From an uncultured Nitrososphaerota archaeon (GTDB taxonomy: Archaea > Thermoproteota > Nitrososphaeria > Conexivisphaerales > DTJL01): a stretch of 64,000 nucleotides of DNA. Of the stretch, positions 10,868-19,945 are shown one piece after another (within the stretch, counting starts at the first letter, position 1; every line of letters begins with the position of its first letter). The position numbers and the translations under genes are program-made. The DNA is taken from positions 416,001 through 480,000 of the forward strand of contig CAWJIE010000003.1 in NCBI GenBank assembly GCA_963842885.1, given 5' to 3'. Under the pieces are notes generated by a model, which did no database searches, was not told where the DNA came from, and saw nothing but the letters and a program-made list of their open reading frames with translations.

Positions 10868-11338
10868 CTACTTGCCGGCCGAGACCAGCTTGAGGTACCC
10901 CGCGTCTATGGTGACCTGCAGCTGGTAGGGGGCGTCGATGAGGGTGACCGTGGCCTCCTTCTTGGCCTGGTCGTACCTGACGACCTTGGCCCTCATGCCC
11001 TTGAACGGGCCTCCCGTCACCTCGACTATCTGGTCCACCTTGAGCTCCTCGATGACAGGCTTCACGGCGATGAGGCTGGCGACGTCGGAGATGGTCATGA
11101 CCCCCGGAACGTAGCTTCTCACATGCTTCACGCCCCCCACGCCGTCGCTGACAGCCTGGGCTGAGCCGGCTTCTATGAGGAGGTAACCCTTCATCTTCTC
11201 GCTATAGATGAGGGAGAGGATGGGAGTCTTCCTTGCCTCGACCCTGTTGGCCACGAGATTCACGACGTTCCTTTCCTGTCCCCCGGTGACCTTGACGACG
11301 AAGATGTGGGTCGGGGACGTCTTGACTTCTGTGGCCAC
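10868..11338 (-). CDS. spt5: Transcription elongation factor Spt5/NusG
   Basis: VKVTGGQE NGN domain, KOW motif VEVTGGPFKG; GTG start at 11338. Confidence 0.95.
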   Translation of the reverse strand: MATEVKTSPTHIFVVKVTGGQERNVVNLVANRVEARKTPILSLIYSEKMKGYLLIEAGSAQAVSDGVGGVKHVRSYVPGVMTISDVASLIAVKPVIEELKVDQIVEVTGGPFKGMRAKVVRYDQAKKEATVTLIDAPYQLQVTIDAGYLKLVSAGK

Positions 11339-11340
11339 CT

Positions 11341-11580
11341 CTAGGCCACCAGCCCGAAGAGGACGGCGACTATGGCGGCCGCCTTCGGCGCGAGGAAGTT
11401 GCTGATCATCGTGGCGACGATATGTATGACAAATCCCACTCCGCCTACGACCGCGACTCCAAGGATGACGAGCTTTAGGTAGAGCATGTATTCTGTGCTG
11501 TCGCTCTTCTTGCTGTACTTCAGGGTGTTCACGAGCTCCCTGATGGAGTTGGAGATGTTCATCGACGGAATGACAGACAT
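11341..11580 (-). CDS. secE: Protein translocase subunit SecE/Sec61-gamma
   Basis: LKYSKKSD..EY plus TM GVAVVGGVGFVI; conserved position before spt5. Confidence 0.85.
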   Translation of the reverse strand: MSVIPSMNISNSIRELVNTLKYSKKSDSTEYMLYLKLVILGVAVVGGVGFVIHIVATMISNFLAPKAAAIVAVLFGLVA

Positions 11581-11884
11581 TTCTCGGCATTTTAAGCGTT
11601 TTGTCGTCATGCCGAATCGGTCTTGCAGGAAGTCGATGAGAAGCGGGACTTCTGGCTGAAGATGGAATCTTTTCAAGATAGCACAATCGTGGACGAGATG
11701 AGGGGAGAGCCGGTGCGGCCCTAGACGCCCTGGCTCCCGGTCTCCCGCAGAGTCGGTTTCAAGCACTTTGGCCTAGCTAGACCTCCAACCCAGCCCCAAG
11801 CGGACCGGCGGGAGACTGGGTACAGATGATGAGACTGTCGAGGCGCAGGCAAAGCTTAAAGTTTGACGATGCCCGACGGAGGGG

Positions 11885-12796
11885 ATGAGAATGAAGAAGG
11901 ACTTTCTCTCGGTGGGCGACCTAAGCAAGAAAGAGATGGAGAGGCTGTTCCAGATTGCCAAAGAGCTGAAGCGGAAGCCATACGGCACGGCCCTCAAGGA
12001 CAAGACTATTGTGCTACTCTTCGAGAAGGCTTCGACGAGGACCCGCCTGAGCTTCGAGGCCGGGATCGGCCATTTGGGAGGGAGGTCCATCTATGTCGAT
12101 GCTTCGACATCTCAGCTTGCTCGTGGCGAAACGGTGGAGGACACTGGCCGGGTAATGGAACGCTTCGTGGATGGGATCGTGGCCCGCGTCTACAAACATG
12201 AGATGTTGTTAGGCTTGGCAAAGAACTCCCGGATCCCCGTCGTCAATGCCCTCTCTGACTTGGAGCATCCGTGTCAGGCAATCGCAGACCTCTTCACGGT
12301 TCTGGAGAAGGCAGGGAGCTTCAAGGATCAGAAGGTGGCCTTCATTGGTGACGGGGACAACGTCTGCAATTCGCTCATGTTGGGCTGCGCCATCTTGGGG
12401 GTGGAATTCTCGGCCGCGACTCCCCCCGGGTACAAGCCCAACGCGGAGATCCTCGCCAAGGCGAAGAAGCTGGCCGGCAGCAAGATCCAGATATTCGACG
12501 ACCCAGTCAAGGCTGTAAACGACGCCTCCTTCGTTTACACCGATGTTTTCGTGAGCATGGGCAACGAAGCCCAGAAGGAGGAGAGGCTCAAGATCTTCGT
12601 ACCCAAGTACCAAGTGACCCGCGAGCTCATGAGGCATGCGAGGAAGGAAGCACTGTTCATGCACTGTCTCCCGGCCCACAGGGGGCAGGAGGTGGCTGCC
12701 GACGTCATCGACGGCAAGAGCTCCATAGTGTTCGACCAGGCAGAGAACAGGATGCATACGCAGAATGCGCTGCTGAAGATGCTGTACTCCCGATAG
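11885..12796 (+). CDS. argF: Ornithine carbamoyltransferase
   Basis: STRT, HPCQ, DVFVSMG, MHCLP, QAENR. Confidence 0.95.
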   Translation: MRMKKDFLSVGDLSKKEMERLFQIAKELKRKPYGTALKDKTIVLLFEKASTRTRLSFEAGIGHLGGRSIYVDASTSQLARGETVEDTGRVMERFVDGIVARVYKHEMLLGLAKNSRIPVVNALSDLEHPCQAIADLFTVLEKAGSFKDQKVAFIGDGDNVCNSLMLGCAILGVEFSAATPPGYKPNAEILAKAKKLAGSKIQIFDDPVKAVNDASFVYTDVFVSMGNEAQKEERLKIFVPKYQVTRELMRHARKEALFMHCLPAHRGQEVAADVIDGKSSIVFDQAENRMHTQNALLKMLYSR

Positions 12797-13702
12797 CTAG
12801 CCCAATATCTTGTCGACGAGCCAGATGGAGTCGAAGGCCTGCAGGTCTTCGTACGACTGTCCGACGCCGAGATAGAGGATGGGGGTCTTGGTCACGTACG
12901 CGACGCTCACGGCGGCCCCTCCCTTCACGTCGGCGTCGGCTTTGGCTAGAATGACGGCGTCGAAACCAATCCTGTCGTGGAACTCTCGGGCCTGGTTGAT
13001 CAGGTCGTTCCCTGCGAGGGCGTCGCCTACGAAGATCTTCAGGTCGGGCTGGACCACCTTGACGACCTTGTTGAGCTCGTCCATCAGGTTCTTGGAGGTC
13101 TGCATCCTACCGGCGGTATCCACGAGGACCACGTCGTAGCCATGCTGCTTGGCGAATAGTATCGAATCACGGGCGACGGCGGCCGGGTCCGCCCCGTACC
13201 TCTGGTGGATGGACTTCAGTCCCAGGCGGGAGGCGTGGGTTTCGAGCTGCTCGATGGCCCCTGCGCGGAACGTGTCCGCCGCCGCCAGAAGGACCTTGTA
13301 CCCCCTCCCGGTCAGCCTGTGAGCGAGCTTGGCGATCGACGTCGTCTTGCCTGTGCCGTTGATGCCGAGGAAGACGATGATATAGGGCTCCTTCGCCGCG
13401 TTCCTCCTCTTGATCCTTTCCTCGAGGTCAATCCTCTCCCCCGTGGGGAAGAGCTGGAGCAGAGACGACCTGAGGGTGGAGTCGACGAGCTTCTGGAGAT
13501 CGCTTCCCCTCTCGACCCTCCTTCCGACCAGCTCCTTCTTGATGGAGGCCTCCATGAACTCCACCGCTTCGAGGGCCACTTCGCTTTCAAGGAGGGCGAC
13601 CTCGAATTCGTTGAGGGTGGAGGTCAGGTCCTCCTCCGAAAGGGTCTTGGTGGTTACGCTCTCCTTGAAACCCTCTATCGCCTTTCGGAGCTTCTCGAAC
13701 AA
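12797..13702 (-). CDS. ftsY: SRP receptor FtsY
   Basis: GINGTGKTT, DTFRAGA, DTAGR, KGGA. Confidence 0.96.
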   Translation of the reverse strand: MFEKLRKAIEGFKESVTTKTLSEEDLTSTLNEFEVALLESEVALEAVEFMEASIKKELVGRRVERGSDLQKLVDSTLRSSLLQLFPTGERIDLEERIKRRNAAKEPYIIVFLGINGTGKTTSIAKLAHRLTGRGYKVLLAAADTFRAGAIEQLETHASRLGLKSIHQRYGADPAAVARDSILFAKQHGYDVVLVDTAGRMQTSKNLMDELNKVVKVVQPDLKIFVGDALAGNDLINQAREFHDRIGFDAVILAKADADVKGGAAVSVAYVTKTPILYLGVGQSYEDLQAFDSIWLVDKILG

Positions 13703-13718
13703 GGATAGGACCTTCTTC

Positions 13719-14168
13719 CTAGGTGTCGCCCGGAGGCTGGTCGGAGCTCTGGGTCCCTTCCGTCGGCGTCTGTGAGAGTTCCAGCTGTTGCTGGTAGGCC
13801 TGAAGCCTTTCGGCGACCTCCTTCTTCTGGGACGAGATCTTCCCCAGTGTGTCCTCGATCTCCTTGATCCTCTCCTTCAGGAAGGACACGGCGTCTTCAG
13901 GGGACTTCTCCAGCGCCACCCCCGACCCCACTTCCACAACGACTTTCCCCCCTCCCGTGAAGGAGACGGGCAGGTGCGCGCCTCCCCCTATGGGGACGAG
14001 GAGCTCGGCCGACTTCGTGTCCTTCAGGGCGGTCACCGAAGCCAGGGACGCCTTGTCCTCTCGATAGAGCCGGACCAATATGGACTCCCGATTGGAAAGG
14101 TCCTGATAGTACTCTTCCAGAAGCCTGAGCTGCACCGCGATGGCCTGCGCGCTTTCATCGTCACTCAA
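13719..14168 (-). CDS. pfdA: Prefoldin alpha subunit
   Basis: LLVPIGGG..VVVEVGSGVALEK between coiled coils; synteny. Confidence 0.9.
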   Translation of the reverse strand: MSDDESAQAIAVQLRLLEEYYQDLSNRESILVRLYREDKASLASVTALKDTKSAELLVPIGGGAHLPVSFTGGGKVVVEVGSGVALEKSPEDAVSFLKERIKEIEDTLGKISSQKKEVAERLQAYQQQLELSQTPTEGTQSSDQPPGDT

Positions 14169-14205
14169 TTACAAGAACACCGAGATTACTGGAGGGGCTC
14201 CTATT

Positions 14206-14871
14206 CTAGACCTTAAAGGCTTTTCCCAGTATGAAGAGCTCAGGACCAGTCGTAGAAGTCCCCACGATGGCAGCCCTGCTGTTGACCAAGACTCCGGATG
14301 CGACGAAAGGGACCCCGCCGTTGATGGAGCTGACGTCACAGTCGACATGGAGGGCTCCCTTAATCCACTTTAGGTCCTCCTCGCTGGCCCTGGGGTGCAC
14401 CAGAGCTCCGCTGTTGGAAGCGGCGACGACGGCGCCCAGCTGATAGTAGCCGGCTATTCTCCCCTTCTCCACGGGGACGCCGAAGACCTCCTTGATCTGC
14501 TTGACCTCTGCGCCGGAGAACACATCGCCGACGGCCGCGCCGTAGTCGTTGACTGCCACCAGGTTGCCGACGGAGGAGTAGAGTGAATCAAGACGCTCGA
14601 CGTTGAGGCCCGTCTCCCTCTTCAGCATGATGATCTCGTCATCTTCGGCGAACCTCGAAAGGAGGAGGCCGTTGCTGTTGGCCGCCATCAGCGGTCCCAG
14701 TAAGCGGGTGCCGCCGACGCTGGCGTGCAGGAGCTTGACTCCGAGAAGAGAGGCCAGCCTCTCCGACTTCAGCTCGGAGTAGGCGACGGGCATGATGAGG
14801 ATCTTCTCGTTGGCCTTAGAGAAGATGCCTAGGTTGGGGTTCCTGTAGACATCGGAAAGATAGACACCCAA
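14206..14871 (-). CDS. eif6: Translation initiation factor 6
   Basis: VGNLVAVND, LVHP, SINGG..GVLVN, TTGPEL. Confidence 0.95.
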   Translation of the reverse strand: MGVYLSDVYRNPNLGIFSKANEKILIMPVAYSELKSERLASLLGVKLLHASVGGTRLLGPLMAANSNGLLLSRFAEDDEIIMLKRETGLNVERLDSLYSSVGNLVAVNDYGAAVGDVFSGAEVKQIKEVFGVPVEKGRIAGYYQLGAVVAASNSGALVHPRASEEDLKWIKGALHVDCDVSSINGGVPFVASGVLVNSRAAIVGTSTTGPELFILGKAFKV

Positions 14872-15087
14872 ACGCTAGGGACCGCCCAGACTAGAGGTAG
14901 CTTTCGTCGTCAATGGCCAGAGCTGCCGGCGAGAGTTATTTTAACGTTGACGTTGATGGTGCTGAGCCTACGCATCCACGGCGAATGACTGGAACCTCCC
15001 CCTGAAGGGCCGCAGCCCCAAGCGACAATCCAAGCTAGCGCTGGACCTTCGCGAATCAGAACGTTTTGAACGATGGACCTATTCCTT

Positions 15088-15510
15088 CTAGGCTTCGGCG
15101 GGCTGTTCCGCCTCGGCTACGGCCTTCTCCTCCGGCTTCTCTTCAAGCGCCGGGGGCTTCGTCGCCTCAACCTTGGGCTCCTCCTTCTTCTCCTCCTTTG
15201 CTTCCTTCTTCGCTTCCTTCTCCTCCTCTTCCTCTTTCTCGTCGGGGAGCTTCACGGTGACTACGCCCTCGGCGTCCTTGGTGACCTTGACGGAGATTCT
15301 CGGCAGCCTTGACCTCTTGCCTTCAGTCCAAAGCTGCTCGTTGAGCTTCTGGCTGATCTTCACTTCGTCCTCCTCGACCTTCATGTGGTGGGCGACTTGC
15401 TCCTTCAGCACGTTTACGATTCGGTCGGTGCGCCTATACCTCGGCGTGGGCTTGGCGCGCGAAAGTGAAATCGTCATCAGTTTCTCAGCCGTCTCTTCGG
15501 CTTCAGACAA
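15088..15510 (-). CDS. rpl31e: 50S ribosomal protein eL31 with acidic C-terminal tail
   Basis: PRYRRT..HMK..VKISQKLNEQLW; synteny. Confidence 0.9.
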   Translation of the reverse strand: MSEAEETAEKLMTISLSRAKPTPRYRRTDRIVNVLKEQVAHHMKVEEDEVKISQKLNEQLWTEGKRSRLPRISVKVTKDAEGVVTVKLPDEKEEEEEKEAKKEAKEEKKEEPKVEATKPPALEEKPEEKAVAEAEQPAEA

Positions 15511-15523
15511 TGCTCAGTTCCCT

Positions 15524-15679
15524 CTAAATCTTCAGCTTGCGAGAACGCCAATTCCTCTGCTTGGGGTTGCGAGAAACCTTCCTGTTAGTCTTTACGACTA
15601 CCCATGTGGGGGCACTCGAGTTCTGATTAAGGGCCTTCATGAGACGTTTCTTCTCCCCAGAAGTCTTGTGGCTGCTCAT
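15524..15679 (-). CDS. rpl39e: 50S ribosomal protein eL39 (51 aa, below the ORF-track cutoff)
   Basis: Manual translation [51 protein letters not shown]. Confidence 0.95.
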   Translation of the reverse strand: MSSHKTSGEKKRLMKALNQNSSAPTWVVVKTNRKVSRNPKQRNWRSRKLKI

Positions 15680-15696
15680 CCTTCGTCCTCATTCCT

Positions 15697-15978
15697 CTAA
15701 ATATACCTGATTTTAAACTCTCTTCTAGGCTCGTCGAACCGGCCTAGCATATCCTTGAGCTCCTCGTCGGTGACGGGATGGCCCATCTTGCCGGCGGCCC
15801 CCAACTTGATAATCTGGTCCTCTATTGCCCCCGCCAAGTCGGGCTTTACCAGCTTCACGTTGTTAAGCCTGGACCTGGCCTCGGGGGTGAAGAACATTCG
15901 TAGGTACTGCTCCTTGAGCTTGGCCCTCTTCAGCTCTTCCTCTTCATCCTTGGAGTCGCCGCGTTGTGGCTTAGACAT
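15697..15978 (-). CDS. PDCD5-like DNA-binding protein
   Basis: TPEARSRLNNVKLVKP..VTDEELK; conserved position between rps19e and rpl39e. Confidence 0.9.
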   Translation of the reverse strand: MSKPQRGDSKDEEEELKRAKLKEQYLRMFFTPEARSRLNNVKLVKPDLAGAIEDQIIKLGAAGKMGHPVTDEELKDMLGRFDEPRREFKIRYI

Positions 15979-16015
15979 TCGTCCGACCTCCATCGCTCCC
16001 GTCTGGGGAACTTGT

Positions 16016-16471
16016 TTAAGAAACTATCTTGCCAAGTTCCTTGTTGTCCTTGGCCATTTCCTTGAAGACCTCGGTGCTGAGCTTGTCGAGGAGCCTCCTT
16101 CCTTCGGCAGAAACGACGCGTCCTTTGGTCGTCTTCTGCAGGAAACCCGCGGCCTGGAGTTGGGCGATTACCTTCCTTATGCTGGAGCTTCCGGCATCCC
16201 TGTGATGGGCGAGGGTGTAGCCAACGGCAGTCAGGCCGCCGTATTCGGTCCTAAGATCGCTTACGCCGATGGGGCCATGGAGGTAGAGCTTCCTAAGAAC
16301 TGAAGCGGCTCTGAAGTACCACCAATCCTTGTTCTGGGGGGGTCTTTCGGCCTGGGAGCCGGTCTTGACGTATGCGGCCCAGACGGGTGGCTGCACCTGG
16401 GACACCCGCTTGAGGTGGTCGGCCAGCTTCTCGATTAGCCTGTTCGCGGGGACGTCGTAAACTGTTGGCAA
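16016..16471 (-). CDS. rps19e: 30S ribosomal protein eS19
   Basis: TVYDVP, VKTG..ERPP..DWWYFRAAS. Confidence 0.96.
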   Translation of the reverse strand: MPTVYDVPANRLIEKLADHLKRVSQVQPPVWAAYVKTGSQAERPPQNKDWWYFRAASVLRKLYLHGPIGVSDLRTEYGGLTAVGYTLAHHRDAGSSSIRKVIAQLQAAGFLQKTTKGRVVSAEGRRLLDKLSTEVFKEMAKDNKELGKIVS

Positions 16472-16618
16472 ATCTACTCGTCCTCATAGTCGCCCTCAGA
16501 GACGTATTTTAAAGTTTGGCGGGCCTCTTCCTCCGCAGCCAGAGCGAATGCGGAAGTGCGGGCTTGGGAAACCTCAAGATGTCGATTCCAACTAGTTTCG
16601 TTGAGGCGAATCTCGGCG

Positions 16619-16887
16619 GTGTCTCAGACGAAGGGTGTCTCGACTCTGCAGATGGGCAACCTTCTGGCATTCCTTACTGTGGTGGTCGTCAACGCCTTGG
16701 CAGCCGCGCGCTGGTCGCCAAGAGAGACCTGGCCTATGGTTTGGTGATCGCATGGGCGCTAGCAGGGATAGCCGCGAATCAGGGAGGGCACCCCGAAGTG
16801 GCCTCCCTAGCGCAAGCGGGCGCGCCGGCCATCGCGATGGCAATCCTCTTGCTGGGGCTTGTAGGGGCAATGAAGCGTATGAAATGA
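16619..16887 (+). pseudogene. Internally deleted copy of the TspO-like gene at 25441..26229
   Basis: 5' part (LQMGNLLAFLTVVVVNALA) and 3' part (RDLAYGLVIAWALAGIAANQGGHPEVA) match the two ends of the intact paralogue and are joined out of frame. Confidence 0.8.
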
Positions 16888-16903
16888 TGGCGGAAGGAAG
16901 GAG

Positions 16904-17213
16904 CTACTTCCTCTTTCGAGAGGGCAACGGAAGCAGCTTCTTGCGGTAAACGCCCCCACACCTGGAGCATCTGATGACGAGCCAGCCATTGCGGACCCTT
17001 ATGGTGGAGTACTTTGGCGGAGGTGAAAACTCCTTGCACTTCTTGCAAAAGAAGAGCTTCAGCTCGTAAGGGGAACGGACGCGGGAGCGCAGCCTCAGCC
17101 TCTTGGCATTGAGGGCCTGCTTCTCTGCCATCTTGGGGTCGCTTTCCAGGGAGCGGGCTGCGGCGTAACGTCCACTTCTCCACTTCCCGCCTGATGGTGG
17201 CCTTATCCGGCAA
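16904..17213 (-). CDS. rnp4: RNase P protein component 4 (Rpp21) (frameshift near 17165)
   Basis: FCKKC..IRCSRCG zinc ribbon; synteny with rps19e. Confidence 0.85.
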
Positions 17214-17262
17214 GCCCTCTTCGTCGCAACGTAGAATAACCGCCGATATAAAACATGGCTGA

Positions 17263-17946
17263 ATGGCGGAGAGAAGCTTCATCCTCGTCTTGGCTGAGAC
17301 GGCCCTCGAGACGATACCGGAGGAGCTGAAGAAGCATCCGGCTGTGAAGGCCGACGTGGAGAAGAGGGGGAAGCCGGCAGGGGAGATACTCCTCGACAGG
17401 AGCCTCCATCATGCCGCGATGCTGAAGCTGAAGGACGGGGAATCGAGAGGGAGGCCGGACATAGCCTACCACGTGCTCCTGGACGTCACGTCGTCTCCCA
17501 TCTACAGGGCCGGGATGCTCGACCTCTACATGCACACAAGGGGCGACTTGGTGCTGAGCTTCTCGAAAGGGCTGAGGCCGCCGCGGTCCTACGATCGCTT
17601 CAGGAGCCTGATGGAGCAGCTCCTCAAGGAGGGAAGGGTCGGAGGGGAGGCTGACCTGATCACCGCCGGGAAGGGCTCTTTCAAGGAGGTCTTCAGGGAG
17701 GCCAGGCCCTCCGCGGTCGTCGGCCTCTCCAAGCTTGGGAAACGCATGACCCTCCCCGATGCCGTGTCTTCCGCCCGCGGGGCCAGACCATGCTTCGTGG
17801 TCGGGGGGTTCCCCTCGGGCCACTTCAGCGAGGAGATTGAGAGGACGTTCGACTCCCTGGTTTCGATAAGCCCGCAGGGGCTGGACGCCAGCCTCGTGGT
17901 CTGCCGGCTTGTCTACGAGATGGAGAGGGCCCTCGGCCTCGAATAA
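17263..17946 (+). CDS. nep1: 16S rRNA pseudouridine N1-methyltransferase Nep1
   Basis: LDRSLH, RGRPDI, RPPRSYDRF, VGGFPSGHF. Confidence 0.93.
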   Translation: MAERSFILVLAETALETIPEELKKHPAVKADVEKRGKPAGEILLDRSLHHAAMLKLKDGESRGRPDIAYHVLLDVTSSPIYRAGMLDLYMHTRGDLVLSFSKGLRPPRSYDRFRSLMEQLLKEGRVGGEADLITAGKGSFKEVFREARPSAVVGLSKLGKRMTLPDAVSSARGARPCFVVGGFPSGHFSEEIERTFDSLVSISPQGLDASLVVCRLVYEMERALGLE

Positions 17947-17983
17947 CGCTTATATCCACAATGAAATCTGAAATTCGCTTTGT

Positions 17984-18075
17984 GCGACAGTCGTCCAGCC
18001 TGGTCTAGGACATCAGCCCTCCATGATGTGAATCGGGGAAAGCTGGTAACACGGGTTCAAATCCCGTCTGTCGCA
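17984..18075 (+). tRNA. tRNA-Gly(TCC) with a 17-nt intron at 37/38 (18024..18040)
   Basis: Acceptor stem GCGACAG/CTGTCGC, T-loop GGTTCAAATCC; BHB with CCTC:GGGG central helix; TATA-like TTATAT at about 17950. Confidence 0.88.
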
Positions 18076-18381
18076 CCTTGATGCCCGAATTGATCTGTGT
18101 TGACAGCTGGAAGACCTTTTCAATTGATTTTTTCCCTCGGGCTATGTCCCGTCATTGACCGGCGAAAGCGTCTGCCTGGAGACGCCCGTATAGCTCCGGC
18201 TAAAGGAATTCGACGAAGCCTAGGTCGCGAAGGACCTTGAGCTGCTGCCTGATCTTCGCCTTTATGTTGCGGTTGTCAGGATGAAGCCCTCAACGACGCT
18301 CCGAACTGATATATCTTGTCAAAGGTGAACTGGGCAAACAGTCGTATGTGCGTTGGCAAGGCACGTCCCGGGATCTGCAAG

Positions 18382-18490
18382 CGTTCTCTCGCGTTCCTAT
18401 CACGTTCTACCCACGTTCTCTCCACGTTCCGTGGGCGTTCCACACTCAGTCCCATTCGTTCCTCGCCGTTCTACGACGTTCCCCACGTTC
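18382..18490. repeat. Helically phased CGTTC array (10 copies plus 1 degenerate, period 9-11 bp)
   Basis: CGTTC at 18382, 18392, 18403, 18414, 18425, 18436, (CAGTC 18447), 18457, 18467, 18477, 18486. Confidence 0.85.
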
Positions 18491-18757
18491 TTTTGGCATG
18501 GCGGCAACCTTCCCTGCCATGTGCCTGCAGCGAGCTCATTAGAGGCCGAAAACAGGCTAATGACGGACAGGAAGAAAGAACTGCAGATGCGGGGATCCAG
18601 CAACAGCCACTTGGTCGACTAGGCGTCGGAGAACGTCGTCTGTTCCCCGAATCGCTATCCGACCCAGCGACCGACCCTCGACGGGGCTGCTGGCAATCGG
18701 GGACCTTGCAACACCTTCGCAGCAATTATTTAAATATAACTCATTTAAACTTATAGG

Positions 18758-19738
18758 ATGTCATATATTTCTTGGCGACCCATTTTGTCCTCTAGGAGAG
18801 AGCAGTTTCCCAGCGATCAGAACGCGCAGACGGAGCGCTGCCCACGTTGCGGCAGGCGGCCCATGGTCATCGACTCTGCCAAGGGGGAGATGGTCTGCAG
18901 CTACTGCGGATTCGTCGTCAAGGAACGCATCGAGGAGACGGGTCCGGAGTGGCGCGCCTTCTCCAAGGAGGAGAAGGATGACAGGAGCAGGGTGGGGATC
19001 CCCACTTCTCTCGCCATGCACGACTATGGCTTGGCCACGGTCATCGGTTCGGAGAACAGGGATGCCTCCGGTAAGAACCTGGCTGGCAGCGTCAGGTCGG
19101 CCATCGAGAGGCTCAGGACCTGGGACGGGAGGAGCCAGGTCCACGAACCTGTGGACAGGAACCTGCGCCAGGCCTTCAGCGAACTGGACAGGTTGGCCGA
19201 CAAGCTGAGCATCTCCGACGTCGTCGTCGAAAGGTCTGCCTACATCTACAGGAAGGCTCTGGATAAGGGCCTCGTGAGGGGAAGGAGCATCGGTGCCCTC
19301 ATCGCAGCGTCCACCTACGCCGCCTGCAGGGTGACGGAGACCCCGAGGACCTTGAAAGACGTTGCGGCTGCCAGCGGCATGAAGAAGAAGGACGTGGCCA
19401 GATGTTATCGGCTCCTCCTACGTGAGCTTGAGCTGAGGATGCCCGTGACGGACCCCGTGAAATGTGTCTCCAGGATCGCCAGCAAGTCAGGCCTTACTGA
19501 GAGGACGCAGAGGCGCGCGGTGGGCATATTGAAGAGGGCCATCGAATCCAGGACGAGCGCAGGAAAGGACCCCATGGGCCTGGCTGCGGCGGCCCTCTAC
19601 GTAGCCTGCGTGCTTGAAGGCGAGAACAAGACTCAGAAGGACATCGCCGAGGCTGCGGCTGTCACGGAAGTCACCATTAGGAATAGATACAAGGGGCTGA
19701 AGATGGCGTTGAAGATACAAGAGCCGGCGAAGGCATAG
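18758..19738 (+). CDS. tfb: Transcription initiation factor IIB, paralogue 1
   Basis: CPRCG..CSYCG ribbon, GPEWRAF, GRS, GKDPMGLAAA, VTEVTIRNRYK; TATA-like TTTAAAT at about 18729. Confidence 0.96.
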   Translation: MSYISWRPILSSRREQFPSDQNAQTERCPRCGRRPMVIDSAKGEMVCSYCGFVVKERIEETGPEWRAFSKEEKDDRSRVGIPTSLAMHDYGLATVIGSENRDASGKNLAGSVRSAIERLRTWDGRSQVHEPVDRNLRQAFSELDRLADKLSISDVVVERSAYIYRKALDKGLVRGRSIGALIAASTYAACRVTETPRTLKDVAAASGMKKKDVARCYRLLLRELELRMPVTDPVKCVSRIASKSGLTERTQRRAVGILKRAIESRTSAGKDPMGLAAAALYVACVLEGENKTQKDIAEAAAVTEVTIRNRYKGLKMALKIQEPAKA

Positions 19739-19945
19739 GGGTCGATCATGCCGCACGGCGACCTTTTTCACAGCTTCGAGCGGTGATGTCCCCCAAGCGA
19801 ATCAACGGGATTGGCTCGAGTCTAGATGAGACGGCCTAGCGGGGAGGCCCTAGGAACATAGGAATTGATTCGTCCTTAGAGCCAGGGATCTCCGAGAATC
19901 AAGTAGGACAGCAACCCCTATTAGCCCCGTCTTTCGGTCTAGAGT

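Noticed and set aside
11633-11660. C/D-box-like motif with GCGGGACTT guide
   Set aside because: No second C'/D pair, and the apparent complement fits the bacterial rather than the archaeal 16S sequence as I recall it.
11885-12796. argF interrupting ftsY-secE as a novel insertion
   Set aside because: An ordinary housekeeping gene with host-like composition and no mobility signature; probably lineage synteny, which I cannot verify here.
14945-15006. Possible C/D-box sRNA between eif6 and rpl31e
   Set aside because: Two CTGA boxes are present, but the C boxes are degenerate and the guide spacing is poor.
18382-18490. CRISPR array or coding repeat
   Set aside because: The unit is only 5 bp with 4-6 bp spacers, no cas genes are nearby, and the period is not a codon multiple.
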